Positions 1 to 9,131 of a stretch of 64,000 nt of DNA are shown in pieces. The DNA is taken from positions 48,845 through 112,844 of the forward strand of contig CAWJRR010000012.1 of NCBI GenBank assembly GCA_963845275.1. Reading direction: 5' to 3'. The notes below the pieces were generated by a model. That model was not told the origin of the DNA. It searched no databases and was given only the letters and a program-made list of their open reading frames with translations. The DNA comes from Candidatus Bathyarchaeota archaeon (GTDB taxonomy: Archaea > Thermoproteota > Bathyarchaeia > 40CM-2-53-6). The number at the start of each line of letters is the position of its first letter. Within the stretch, counting starts at the first letter, position 1. Made by a program: the position numbers and the translations under genes.

Positions 1-222
1 ATTATGATTTCGCTAGGTTACGACCCGCTGGTACTTCTCGTATACAGTCAAGTCATCCTCAGCATGCTAATACCGCTACCCCTAATTCCACTTATCATCT
101 TTACACGGAGTAAGAAGATTATGAAAGATTTAGTCAATAAAAGAATCATAACCTTGCTGGCTGTGATGTCAGCTATCATAATAATTGGGCTTAACGCATA
201 TCTCTTGATCCTGTCCACATAG
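1..222 (+). CDS. mntH: NRAMP-family divalent-metal (Mn/Fe) transporter, C-terminal fragment; gene starts upstream of window
   Basis: Frame is open from nt 1. The last TM helices and tail (LVYSQVILSMLIPLPLIPLIIFTRSKKIMKDLVN) match by eye the conserved MntH C-terminus ([26 protein letters not shown]). A DtxR/MntR regulator follows directly. Confidence 0.75.
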   Translation: MMISLGYDPLVLLVYSQVILSMLIPLPLIPLIIFTRSKKIMKDLVNKRIITLLAVMSAIIIIGLNAYLLILST

Positions 223-235
223 GAGAGTGCATTAA

Positions 236-700
236 ATGACTCACGCGTCAAAGTCCTTCTCTGACCTCACACGCGTTGAAGATTATCTTGAAGTCGTCTA
301 CGACCTCATGCAGAGAAAGGGCTACGCTAGATCAGCAGATATTGCAGAACTTCTTGGCGTTAAACCTGCCAGCGTTACCGTCATGCTTCAAAGATTACAT
401 GCGAAGGGATTCGTTGTGTATGAGCGTTACCGAGGCCTCACCCTTACAAGCAGAGGAGAGCAGTTGGCGAAATCTGTGCAGCAGAGACATCGTACAATCC
501 TCAAATTCCTCAGGATTCTAGGCGTCGAAGAGAAAATCGCAAAATCTGACGCGGAAGGCATCGAGCATCACGTCCACAAGGATACTGTAAATCGCATGAT
601 GCGCTTTGTCGAGTACGCCGAGCAGCACCCGTCTTGGCTTCAACAACATGAACCTCCACTCCGGAAAGAACGGAATTCCAGAACGAGGCGGGATGAGTGA
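236..700 (+). CDS. mntR: DtxR/MntR-family metal-dependent transcriptional repressor
   Basis: 154 aa. N-terminal wHTH (DYLEVVYDL..GYARSADIAELLGVKPASVTVMLQRL) followed by a dimerisation/metal-binding helix region (QQRHRTILKFL..LGV..AE.IEHHV) typical of the DtxR family. No SH3-like domain, as in MntR. Confidence 0.8.
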   Translation: MTHASKSFSDLTRVEDYLEVVYDLMQRKGYARSADIAELLGVKPASVTVMLQRLHAKGFVVYERYRGLTLTSRGEQLAKSVQQRHRTILKFLRILGVEEKIAKSDAEGIEHHVHKDTVNRMMRFVEYAEQHPSWLQQHEPPLRKERNSRTRRDE

Positions 701-718
701 ACAACAGTGGACTACGAT

Positions 719-1741
719 TTACTCACGGAATGCCTCGAAACTCTCTTTTGCTACAAACGCCAGAATTACGGCTGTAGTCAAATAATCAAGGATCGCAGGA
801 TCAACTTGTTGGAACTCCGAAACCGAAGTTTGCGAGACCAGAGTCGGTTCCTGCGTCCACACCCAAGATTGCGCAACTGTCGTCCGCGTAACATTCTTAC
901 CGGCATCAGCCTGGTAAGCGCCGCCGCCTAGGTACTGTACGTTCGAATCCTGACAGGTTGTGTTCCCATAAGTAACTTGAGCTTTGACGGGAGCATGATT
1001 TCCCGCAGCATTCAGCGCATATGGGTAGGAGAAGATCACACTGGTTGGGGTTGTGTCACAGGATCCGGCGTAAGTGTACTCATTCCATGTGGATGATAGT
1101 GAACCTAGCTGGCCATACCCCGGTGAGACAAGGATGCTGCCAATTACGGTACTAGCGTTCGCTGAGTAATCGTACAGGCTGCCCTGCCAGTTTTCGCTTC
1201 CATTCACGTCCATGAGTTTCGAGATTTGCATTCGATAGTTGTTACCCAATGTCCAATTGTAGTATACGAAGCATTGCCATCCTTGACCATATTGTGAGAC
1301 GAGGGATACTTCGTTGTTGCAAACACCGCTTGAATTGAAAGGATTCGCGTTTATGGCGTCGAATATTCCAACCGTTGCGACCTTATAGTTCCCACCAATA
1401 CCGAACGCCACATACCCTCTCTCGCCGTTCATGAAATTGAATTGATGACCCCAGAATAAGGTTGCCTGGGAGGTGGGCGCTTTGACGATTTTCAGGTCCA
1501 CGCTCATTGAGTAGCTGTCGTTCAAAGGCCAATGCAGCTGGACATCCGTATCTGGCGCCAGTGTATTGAAGTGGGCGTACGCTGAGTGTCCTCCAACGTT
1601 CATTAAGAATGCGATTAGAAGCAACAAAATGGTGCAAGTGCAACCAAGACGTTTGTTCAAGTAGAACACTATACTTCGGCTCAGAGAGCTATGCTGGTAT
1701 TTGTGAAATTTTGACACGTCGTAATTCAGAATCTCTGCCAT
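719..1741 (-). CDS. hypothetical secreted/membrane-anchored protein, beta-rich, Asn/Ser/Thr-rich
   Basis: 340-aa ORF with an N-terminal hydrophobic segment (CTCTILLLLIAFLMNVGGHSAYA). I recognise no catalytic motif. Start codon uncertain. Confidence 0.45.
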   Translation of the reverse strand: MAEILNYDVSKFHKYQHSSLSRSIVFYLNKRLGCTCTILLLLIAFLMNVGGHSAYAHFNTLAPDTDVQLHWPLNDSYSMSVDLKIVKAPTSQATLFWGHQFNFMNGERGYVAFGIGGNYKVATVGIFDAINANPFNSSGVCNNEVSLVSQYGQGWQCFVYYNWTLGNNYRMQISKLMDVNGSENWQGSLYDYSANASTVIGSILVSPGYGQLGSLSSTWNEYTYAGSCDTTPTSVIFSYPYALNAAGNHAPVKAQVTYGNTTCQDSNVQYLGGGAYQADAGKNVTRTTVAQSWVWTQEPTLVSQTSVSEFQQVDPAILDYLTTAVILAFVAKESFEAFRE

Positions 1742-1814
1742 ATTTCATTTGTTTAGACACGCGGGCCCATCAGACTATCATATGAGTATGCAACATGCCC
1801 GACTCGTGATGAAT

Positions 1815-4600
1815 CTAACGGGCTGCCGCTATTTTCCTCATCCGTCTTTGACCTAATGCCAAAACAGTCGAGACTGCGATGACTATTGCAACTGCTGAAA
1901 TCAGAGCTAATTGAGACAAGGTTGCTGAGGAGGAGCCGGAGTCAAGTTGGAGTCCTGAGGTTGTTGGGGTTAAGACTCCGAGCACGTTAACAGCCGGTAG
2001 AGTGAACCACACGTTGCCCTTACTGTCTATTGCCAGCAATTGCGCATCCGACGAGGGGTTGGGTATGGGAAATGTGTCGAACCTTCCTGTATTCAGGTCG
2101 AGAGTGCCTATCGAGTTCCCAATGTGCTCCACGAACCAAATTCTATCTTGTTGTTGGTCGAAAACTAACCCGAACGGGAACGCTTGATTGTTCGACAACG
2201 GATAGCTCTTGAATGTTTGAGTTGTCGGGTTGAAGTATGTTATGCGATTCCCAGCATGTTCCGTGAACCAGACGCTCCCGTTTGAATCTATGATAAGTCC
2301 TGTTGGACCCAGAGAGGGTCGAGTTGGATGGCGTGAACTCACTCACATTTCCATTTGACGGATTAAGGCTGCCAATTTTTCCAGTCTTTGACTCGGTGAA
2401 CCAGATGGTCCCATGTTGATCTGCAGCCACTTGGATTGGGATGGAATCGTTTGTTGGAATTTGAAACTCCGTAATGTTGCCGGTGGAGGGAACCAATCGT
2501 CCGATCTTGTCGCTAATTTCTTCAGTGAACCATATGTTTCCACTATTGTCCGCAGTTATGCCTCCAGGAACAGCTCCTGGTGTGGGAATTGGATATTGTT
2601 TGAATGTGTTGGTTTGCGGATCCAGCATTACGATTTGGTTATACTGAGTTTCCGATACCCAGACAGTTCCGTTCTTGTCGATAGTAAGATAGAATGGTCT
2701 TGAGCCAGTTTGAGGTAGAGGAAATTCATGTAGCGTGCCCGTTATCGGGTCATAGCGACCTATGCTCCCGCTTCCTGTTTCAGCAAACCAAACGACCCCG
2801 TTTCCGTCAATTGAAATCCCGTATGGGTTTGCCTCGGTTGATAGAGGTAACTCGGAGAATCTTACGGACAATGCAGGAACGTCGATCTGGAAAGGAACGA
2901 CTATATCATATCCTTGTGATCTTTGCGCCCATACTTCCAACTTCCAATTACCGGCAAAGCTCAAGTAAGTGCCGTCGATTGAGTAGATGCCCTGATTCGG
3001 TTCAGCTGTAGCCGTTGACGTGCCAATGTTCCTATCTAGGTACTTGAATTTCACAGAGACAGATTGAACATTCGTGATTGGTGCGCCCTGCGCGTCCGTG
3101 AAGTCAAGCTCGAAATGATTGTCTCCCACCTGGAATGGTGTAATTTTAACGGTGACGTTGACTCCTTCAATCGAGTATCCTCTCAAAACTAGTGGAACGA
3201 TTTGATTTGGAGGGGTAGCTGAAGTGGTCTGTGCTGCAGGAGAACTTGCGGTTAGGACCCCAACGACTAACAGAATAATGATACCGAGAGTAACCTCCGA
3301 CCGAAGAGAGAATTTGAATCGTTTAAGCCAGAGCCCAGCTTGTCGACGATTCGTCCGATTTGTTTTCGCTTCTATGACATGCTCGTATAGCACAAATTGA
3401 TTGATGGCGCCGAATGCGAGCATTAGTGCGAAAATCGATAACTTGACAAGAAGAATCTCTCCATATGCAGTAGCATAAAGCGCGGACAGGCTTCCTACCT
3501 CTAATAAGAGGTTGTAAATTCCCGTTAACCCAATTATTCCCACGCTAATGATAGCAACAAATGAGAAGCGCCTAATCAGTTCACCCACGAATCTTCCTTT
3601 CAGTTCTCTCAAGGATGCAATGGTAAGGGCGAGGTATGCCAATCCTCCAATCCAAGCGCCGACGGCGACTAAATGAATCCAATCAGAGAGAAGATTGACA
3701 AGCGGAAAATAATTCGTTGCTGCAGCGTTATGACTGGTAAGACTAGTGGAGAGCGATAGGCACAATCCGATTGCTAGAGTTATAATCCAATTCTTTCTCG
3801 ATGGATTTCGCGCCTTCAGTAAAGGTGATTGATGCACAAGTTGCGACAAGTATGGTAATCATTCGGAATATCCAATTCGTTCCGAGTCTTGTAGACGACA
3901 AAATTGTGTAGGCTGCTCCAAGAACAACACTCAGGGAATTTGATCCGGCGATTGTGAAGGACTCGAAGACTAGGGATAAGATCGTCGCGATTAATCCAAT
4001 GGTGATGGCGCATGTGAGCAATAGGGCCGAGCGCGATTCAATCTTTCGACTTACAACTGCTAAAGGTTTGTTCCGTCTGCTTGATGCTGCTGGAGTCCAT
4101 ACTAGGAGAGCGAAGATGCTTCCGCCGAGGAAGATTGTATCAGCGAGAATGTTTAGCCAACGGTCAACTACTTCGGCAGGAGATGGAAAAGTAAAGGAGT
4201 TTCTGCCATTTTGCGTGATACGTATGGTTACGTTTCCGACGCCGAATGGAAAAGAGCCGCTTGTATGATGCCCATCAACTGCTGAAATTGCGTGCCATGC
4301 GACCGTGTACACTCCGGACGGCAATGTTGGCAGGTTAATGATGAGAATCGTGGCATCAGCCGAGTCGACGCGGTATCCTGTGTCAACTTCCTTGCCGTTT
4401 GAGTCGTACACTGCAGCCCCTGTAAGTTTCGGTTCCACCTGCTCAGTAAAATAAAGCGTGACTCGATTAGGCGAAGAAGCGAGTACGCTGTTAGCGGGCG
4501 GATCTGAGCTTATCAGATTAGCATGCGCGTAAACAGGAGCAATGAGTCCTACGAGCAGAAGGGATACAGTTGCGACGAATATTATGGACCTTGAATTCAT
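1815..4600 (-). pseudogene. CopC-CopD fusion extended by a Vgb-like (streptogramin-lyase-type/NHL-like) beta-propeller and a C-terminal TM anchor; broken by two frameshifts
   Basis: Three co-linear ORFs make up the gene. ORF 3743-4600 holds a signal peptide, a CopC domain (HANLISSDP..VYTVAWHAISAVDGHHTSG) and the first CopD helices. ORF 2143-3849 holds the remaining CopD helices (DWIHLVAVGAWIGGLAYL), an Ig-like spacer and propeller repeats (G.VWFTE...IGR..P.TG...EF.IP). ORF 1815-2342 continues the same repeats (LIIDSNGSVWFTEHAGNRITYFNP) and ends in a TM anchor. Reading frames switch at about 3795-3835 and about 2325-2340. Confidence 0.6.
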
Positions 4601-4645
4601 ATAGGTCGCGGCATGGTCACTTTCTCTTCTTCTTTGAACCCCGAG

Positions 4646-5296
4646 CTATAGACCTACCGCCATCCCGATTATTCCGACGACAACTCCGACGACTGCAACG
4701 ATATACGCTGTTTGAATCTCGTTCTGAAGTTGTGCAACTTGTGATTGCACATTCGTCAAACCTACTTGAAGATCATGCCCTGAAGGAATCTGCTGTGGAA
4801 ATTGGATTTCTGTTGCGGGATCCACGCATTCGAAAGTGGTTGGACCACAAGAGAATGTTTCGTTCACTGGTGTATCATTCACGTTTCCGAAGAGCCGGAA
4901 GGAGATAGACCCGGGCACCGTAGGCATAAGGCTGGCCGTATACTCACCATAGAACAGCGGCGGTACATCGTTGGACAGGTTGGGAGAGAACGTTAAAACT
5001 TGCGATTGGCCACCGGTCATCACTTGAACTTGCAGACTTTGATCGAGTCCATAAACTGGACAAGTTGTATCCACGGAGCCCTGTGGGCAGGTTGAATTGA
5101 TGTAGTGCGCCCAGAAGTCGACGGCGTTCACCTCATCTACATAAGCTGGTTCGTTGACCCATCCAACAACAAACTCGACTTGTTGGTTGCCTATTGTCAG
5201 GATTCTATGCTCGTGCGCCCAGGCAGAAGGGACGCTAACAAATATGATCGTGCAAATCACAACGAGGAACGCTAGCTCCACTATTCGAATTCTCAT
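4646..5296 (-). CDS. secreted, C-terminally anchored protein; possibly YcnI-like copper-binding protein
   Basis: Signal peptide ends ..VPSAWA and the predicted mature N-terminus is HEH. There is a C-terminal TM helix (IVAVVGVVVGIIGMAVGL). Position next to the CopC-CopD gene mirrors the bacterial ycnJ-ycnI arrangement. Fold assignment is not verified. Confidence 0.35.
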   Translation of the reverse strand: MRIRIVELAFLVVICTIIFVSVPSAWAHEHRILTIGNQQVEFVVGWVNEPAYVDEVNAVDFWAHYINSTCPQGSVDTTCPVYGLDQSLQVQVMTGGQSQVLTFSPNLSNDVPPLFYGEYTASLMPTVPGSISFRLFGNVNDTPVNETFSCGPTTFECVDPATEIQFPQQIPSGHDLQVGLTNVQSQVAQLQNEIQTAYIVAVVGVVVGIIGMAVGL

Positions 5297-5458
5297 GCTC
5301 TACGTCCTGTGTTTAACTCGATGCGATTGCCTCGTGTGTTATGATAACTCTCGAGACACTTTCGAACTTCAAAACGCTAAGACTTGAATTGCCAATTGAA
5401 CACAAAGATGTCATAAGGAATAACAAGAGCGGGAAATAACGTTCAAAGAGGATCGGCA

Positions 5459-6034
5459 TTGAGCGGGTCAAGGTCCAAGTCGAAGAAAACGAACTTTCCT
5501 AACAGCAGGAGAGGAAGAACAAGGAGAAAAACAAGACGTCGATATGCTCTGTCAAACAGGAAAGCAATAATCGGAATCGCCTCTGTAATCGTTATTCTAA
5601 TCGTCGTAATGCTGTCTTACAACGGTCTGATCGGTGGTGCTCCAAAGCAGGTTGTGGTCATTATTCAGGAGGGGGCAGGCGAAAACCTTCACCTAGGATT
5701 TGCCCCATCTAAGATTACCATAGTGATCGGAGTCAACAACACCGTCGTGTGGAAGAATGAAGATAATGACTGGCACACGGCTCATAGCAATATTCCTGAG
5801 TTCAATTCTGGACTGATTGAGCCAGGCGCCAGTTTTACACACGTTTTTGAACGAGCCGGAACATTCCCCTATCACTGTGACCCTCACCCATGGATGACAG
5901 GATTGGTCATTGTAGAATCCTCATCGCCAGCGGGTATAATTCAACCAAGCATCAACTCAAGCATAGGCGCATTATTCGCAGTAGTCGACCGTATTTTGGA
6001 AAGCATCACTGCCGTTCTCTCGAAGACTGGGTAA
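5459..6034 (+). CDS. membrane-anchored type-1 (blue) copper protein, plastocyanin/amicyanin-like cupredoxin
   Basis: Basic N-terminus plus TM helix, then a cupredoxin with ligand pattern H..(WHTAH) and YHCDPHPWMTG (C-x2-H-x4-M). The ORF track uses a non-ATG (TTG) start, so the start is uncertain. Confidence 0.75.
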   Translation: MSGSRSKSKKTNFPNSRRGRTRRKTRRRYALSNRKAIIGIASVIVILIVVMLSYNGLIGGAPKQVVVIIQEGAGENLHLGFAPSKITIVIGVNNTVVWKNEDNDWHTAHSNIPEFNSGLIEPGASFTHVFERAGTFPYHCDPHPWMTGLVIVESSSPAGIIQPSINSSIGALFAVVDRILESITAVLSKTG

Positions 6035-6136
6035 TCTCTTCGAATATGACCTTAGCAAGTGGATTCACTCGAATCATAATCGCAGAGAAAACCATCCCCG
6101 CGTGCTGACTGTGCCCGGAGAGAAAACGGTTAAATG

Positions 6137-6167
6137 TTAGGTATCACCTAAGTTAGGATTACCCTAC
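6137..6167. promoter_or_regulatory. DtxR-box-like operator upstream of the metal ABC operon
   Basis: Perfect inverted repeat TTAGGTatcACCTAA (6137-6151), immediately followed by an imperfect second one, GTTAGGATTACCCTAC (6152-6167). It lies 15-45 nt upstream of the SBP start. The TTAGG/CCTAA half-sites are those of classical DtxR/IdeR boxes. Confidence 0.55.
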
Positions 6168-6181
6168 CTCGGGGGATCAAC

Positions 6182-7117
6182 TTGAGACGTGAATATATCG
6201 CCTTTATCGGAGCCTTTCTGATTGCGATTGTAGCCTTTTCAGCGATCTACGTTTATAATGCTAGACCTGCTGCTGCGGCGTCAAATCGAATCAAAGTCCT
6301 CGCAACATTCTATCCTGTATACGACTTCGCCAAGAATGTCGGTGGTGATCGAATAGATCTCTCACTGCTCGTGCCCATGACGGTGGATGTTCACGAGTTT
6401 GAACCAACCCCAAGCTCTGTTCAAGAGGTAGTTTCTGCGAACGTTCTGATTTACAGTGGAGCTGGGCTCGAACCTTGGGTTCCTCAGATCGTCGCGGCTG
6501 CAGATAACTCAGGGTTGGTTGTAGTTGATTCCAGTCAGGGGATAGCTCTGTTACCTGTTCCTCAAGCATTTCAGAAGGACAATCGAACCGTTGACCCGCA
6601 CATCTGGCTAGACCCCTTATTGGCTAAGCAGCAGGTGATGAACATTCTCCAGGGCCTCATCAAGGCTGATCCAGCCGATCGAGACTACTTCACCTCCAAC
6701 GCTCAGGCGTATAGTTCCAAGCTTGATGTTTTGAATTCTGAAATATTGAATGTTACAGCAGGCGCTAAAACGCGGTATTTCGTAACATTCCATGAGGCTT
6801 TCGCATATTTCACGAAGAGATACAATCTAACGCAAATTCCAATTGCGGGTCCATTTGAAGAGGAACCATCGCCCAGCGACATTCAGTCCGTGATAGCTGC
6901 GATACAACAGTATCATCTCTGCTACGTTGGATACGAGTCGCTGTCGAACCCAGCTCTGTCACAATCAATAGCAGCCCAAACCCATGCCAAGCTTGTTCTA
7001 ATGGATCCGATTGAGGGTTTGACTCAGTCAGATCAGGCAGCAGGTAAGACGTATCTGATCAAAATGCAGGATAATCTGGCCGTTTTTTCGTTGGCGCTCA
7101 ACAATGCCGGATGCTAA
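6182..7117 (+). CDS. metal (Zn/Mn) ABC transporter substrate-binding protein, TroA/ZnuA cluster-9 family
   Basis: 311 aa with an N-terminal anchor. Motifs: VLATFYPVYDFAKNVGGDRI, VHEFEPTP, DPHIWLDP, FHEAFAYF. TTG start in the ORF track. Confidence 0.8.
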   Translation: MRREYIAFIGAFLIAIVAFSAIYVYNARPAAAASNRIKVLATFYPVYDFAKNVGGDRIDLSLLVPMTVDVHEFEPTPSSVQEVVSANVLIYSGAGLEPWVPQIVAAADNSGLVVVDSSQGIALLPVPQAFQKDNRTVDPHIWLDPLLAKQQVMNILQGLIKADPADRDYFTSNAQAYSSKLDVLNSEILNVTAGAKTRYFVTFHEAFAYFTKRYNLTQIPIAGPFEEEPSPSDIQSVIAAIQQYHLCYVGYESLSNPALSQSIAAQTHAKLVLMDPIEGLTQSDQAAGKTYLIKMQDNLAVFSLALNNAGC

Positions 7118-7856
7118 CATCATTGAACTAGACGACGTAGGCGTTCAGTACCCTAACGGAGTTCAGGCGCTGAACCACATCACCCTTGAGATATTCAAGA
7201 ACGATCTCATGGGGCTAATTGGACCGAATGGGGCAGGAAAGTCTACTCTGATCTCTGTGATTCTTGGCCTCATAAAACCTTCTTCCGGTCTGGTCAAACT
7301 ATTCGGAGAACCGGTCTCGCTGAAGAATCTATGGAGAGTTGGCTATGTTCCGCAATTTCTGCAGTCGTCGGCGGGCGAATTCCCGGCAACAGTTTTCGAG
7401 ACGGTTCTGCTGGGGCGGGTTCCTCGTGTCGGGTTATTCCATCGCTTCGATTACGATGACACAGCAAAGACGGAGGAGGCACTTAGGCTTCTCGAAATCT
7501 CGGACCTACGAAATAGAAAGCTTGGTCAGCTTTCAGGCGGGCAACTACAACGTGTCCTCGTGGCGAAGGCTCTTGCTTCAGAACCCGAAATTCTGATTCT
7601 TGACGAACCAACGAGCGGTGCTGATGTGCATTCAAAGACCGAATTCAACACTCTTCTCAGTAATTTGAATCGAGATCGCGGAATCACGGTTATTCTATCT
7701 TCCCATGACATTGGAACTGTTACAAGGTTAGCGAGTAAAGTTGTGTGCATAAATCGTACTTTATTTTTCTGCGGATTGAAATCGGATTTCACGGACGACG
7801 TGTTGGCTAGGACTTATGATTATCAAATCAAGGTGATTGACCATATTCACGCCTGA
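7104..7856 (+). CDS. metal ABC transporter ATP-binding protein (TroB/ZnuC-like)
   Basis: Walker A GPNGAGKST, signature LSGGQLQRV, Walker B ILILDEP. Overlaps the SBP gene by 14 nt. Confidence 0.85.
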   Translation: MPDANIIELDDVGVQYPNGVQALNHITLEIFKNDLMGLIGPNGAGKSTLISVILGLIKPSSGLVKLFGEPVSLKNLWRVGYVPQFLQSSAGEFPATVFETVLLGRVPRVGLFHRFDYDDTAKTEEALRLLEISDLRNRKLGQLSGGQLQRVLVAKALASEPEILILDEPTSGADVHSKTEFNTLLSNLNRDRGITVILSSHDIGTVTRLASKVVCINRTLFFCGLKSDFTDDVLARTYDYQIKVIDHIHA

Positions 7857-8679
7857 AGCATTTCTTTCGATGATGGCTCAAGGTTTCGTTCAGCGAGCTT
7901 TCCTCATAGCCGTGATAGTGGCGTTTCTAAGCTCTCTTCTGAGCGTATTCATTGTTCTGAGGAAAGTCTCGCTTATCGGAGATGGTTTGGCACACACGGC
8001 TTTTGGGGGCCTTGCGTTAGGGTACTATCTAGATCTGGTACCGTTATGGGTAGCCGGAGGCATTGTCGTTCTAGGATCGATTGGAATAACTAGAGCCATG
8101 CGGTCCTCGAAGATTTCCGGCGACGCAGCGGTTGCAATTTTCCTCCAGCTCGGTCTTGCATCAGGTATCGTCCTTCTTAGTTTGGCACGAGGCTTCGGGG
8201 TGAATTTGGAAAGTCTTCTTTTTGGGAGCATTCTCTTAGTTTCACTTGATCAGATATTCTATGCTCTGCTGGTTCTTGGTGCGACGCTTACGTTCATTTT
8301 TCTCTTCTACAAGGAGCTTGTTTACAGCACGTTTGATGAGGTTCAAGCTAAGGCTTCGGGAATACGTACCTGGTTCTTCGATTATTCAGTTAGCATACTA
8401 GCAGGAATTGCCATCATAGTATCCATCCCAATCGTCGGCGTGCTTCTGATCTCGGCTCTGTTGGTTCTCCCTGCCATTACGAGCGTTCAACTAAGCAACT
8501 CACTTCGGCAAACTGTAATTCTATCTCCGATTTTTGGGTTGCTTAGCGTGGTACTTGGACTCATCGCCTCCATCATCTTGGACACTGCATCAGGTGCGAC
8601 CATTGTGCTGGTTGGACTTGTGATTTTCCTCTTCGCTCTTACCGTTAAACGCATAAAAGTCAGGGGATTATCAATTTGA
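7837..8679 (+). CDS. metal ABC transporter permease (TroC/ZnuB-like)
   Basis: 280-aa polytopic membrane protein of the ABC-3 type. Translationally coupled to the ATPase gene. Confidence 0.8.
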   Translation: MTIFTPEAFLSMMAQGFVQRAFLIAVIVAFLSSLLSVFIVLRKVSLIGDGLAHTAFGGLALGYYLDLVPLWVAGGIVVLGSIGITRAMRSSKISGDAAVAIFLQLGLASGIVLLSLARGFGVNLESLLFGSILLVSLDQIFYALLVLGATLTFIFLFYKELVYSTFDEVQAKASGIRTWFFDYSVSILAGIAIIVSIPIVGVLLISALLVLPAITSVQLSNSLRQTVILSPIFGLLSVVLGLIASIILDTASGATIVLVGLVIFLFALTVKRIKVRGLSI

Positions 8680-9119
8680 CAAATTGGAGCACCGTTAACT
8701 TGAACCTCTCCGAACTGAGCAGATCTGAAATTGCATATCTCGAAGCCATGTATCGTCTCAACGAAGCGCATGATGCTGCATCCGTGTCCACGCTAGCAAA
8801 GAGATTTGACGTAAGGTTGCCAACGGCAATCGAGATTCTGGACAAGCTTGAACAGAAACGTCTCGTCATCAAGAAACCGTGGAAAGTACCTGAATTAAGC
8901 AAGAGAGGCATCGTAATCGCGGAATCTGTAATGCACCAGCATAGAATTGTCGAATTATACTTCAACGCGAAACTCGGGATTGACTCTGACCTTTCTTGTG
9001 CAGAGGCATCAAAGATCGACTACTTGCTCGACCCAACGGTCGTCGAAAAAATGTGCAAAGTTCTTAATCGCCCTAGGCAGTGCCTCCATGGCTTCCCCAT
9101 TCAACACAGGGACGACTAA
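8676..9119 (+). CDS. DtxR-family metal-dependent regulator (TroR-like), last gene of the ABC operon
   Basis: 147 aa. Contains EIAYLEAMYRL..ASVSTLAKRFDVRLPTAIEILDKLEQKRLV (wHTH) and a dimerisation helix HQHRIVELYF. Overlaps the permease stop (ATGA-type coupling). Confidence 0.7.
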   Translation: MTNWSTVNLNLSELSRSEIAYLEAMYRLNEAHDAASVSTLAKRFDVRLPTAIEILDKLEQKRLVIKKPWKVPELSKRGIVIAESVMHQHRIVELYFNAKLGIDSDLSCAEASKIDYLLDPTVVEKMCKVLNRPRQCLHGFPIQHRDD

Positions 9120-9131
9120 CGACGCTGTCAG

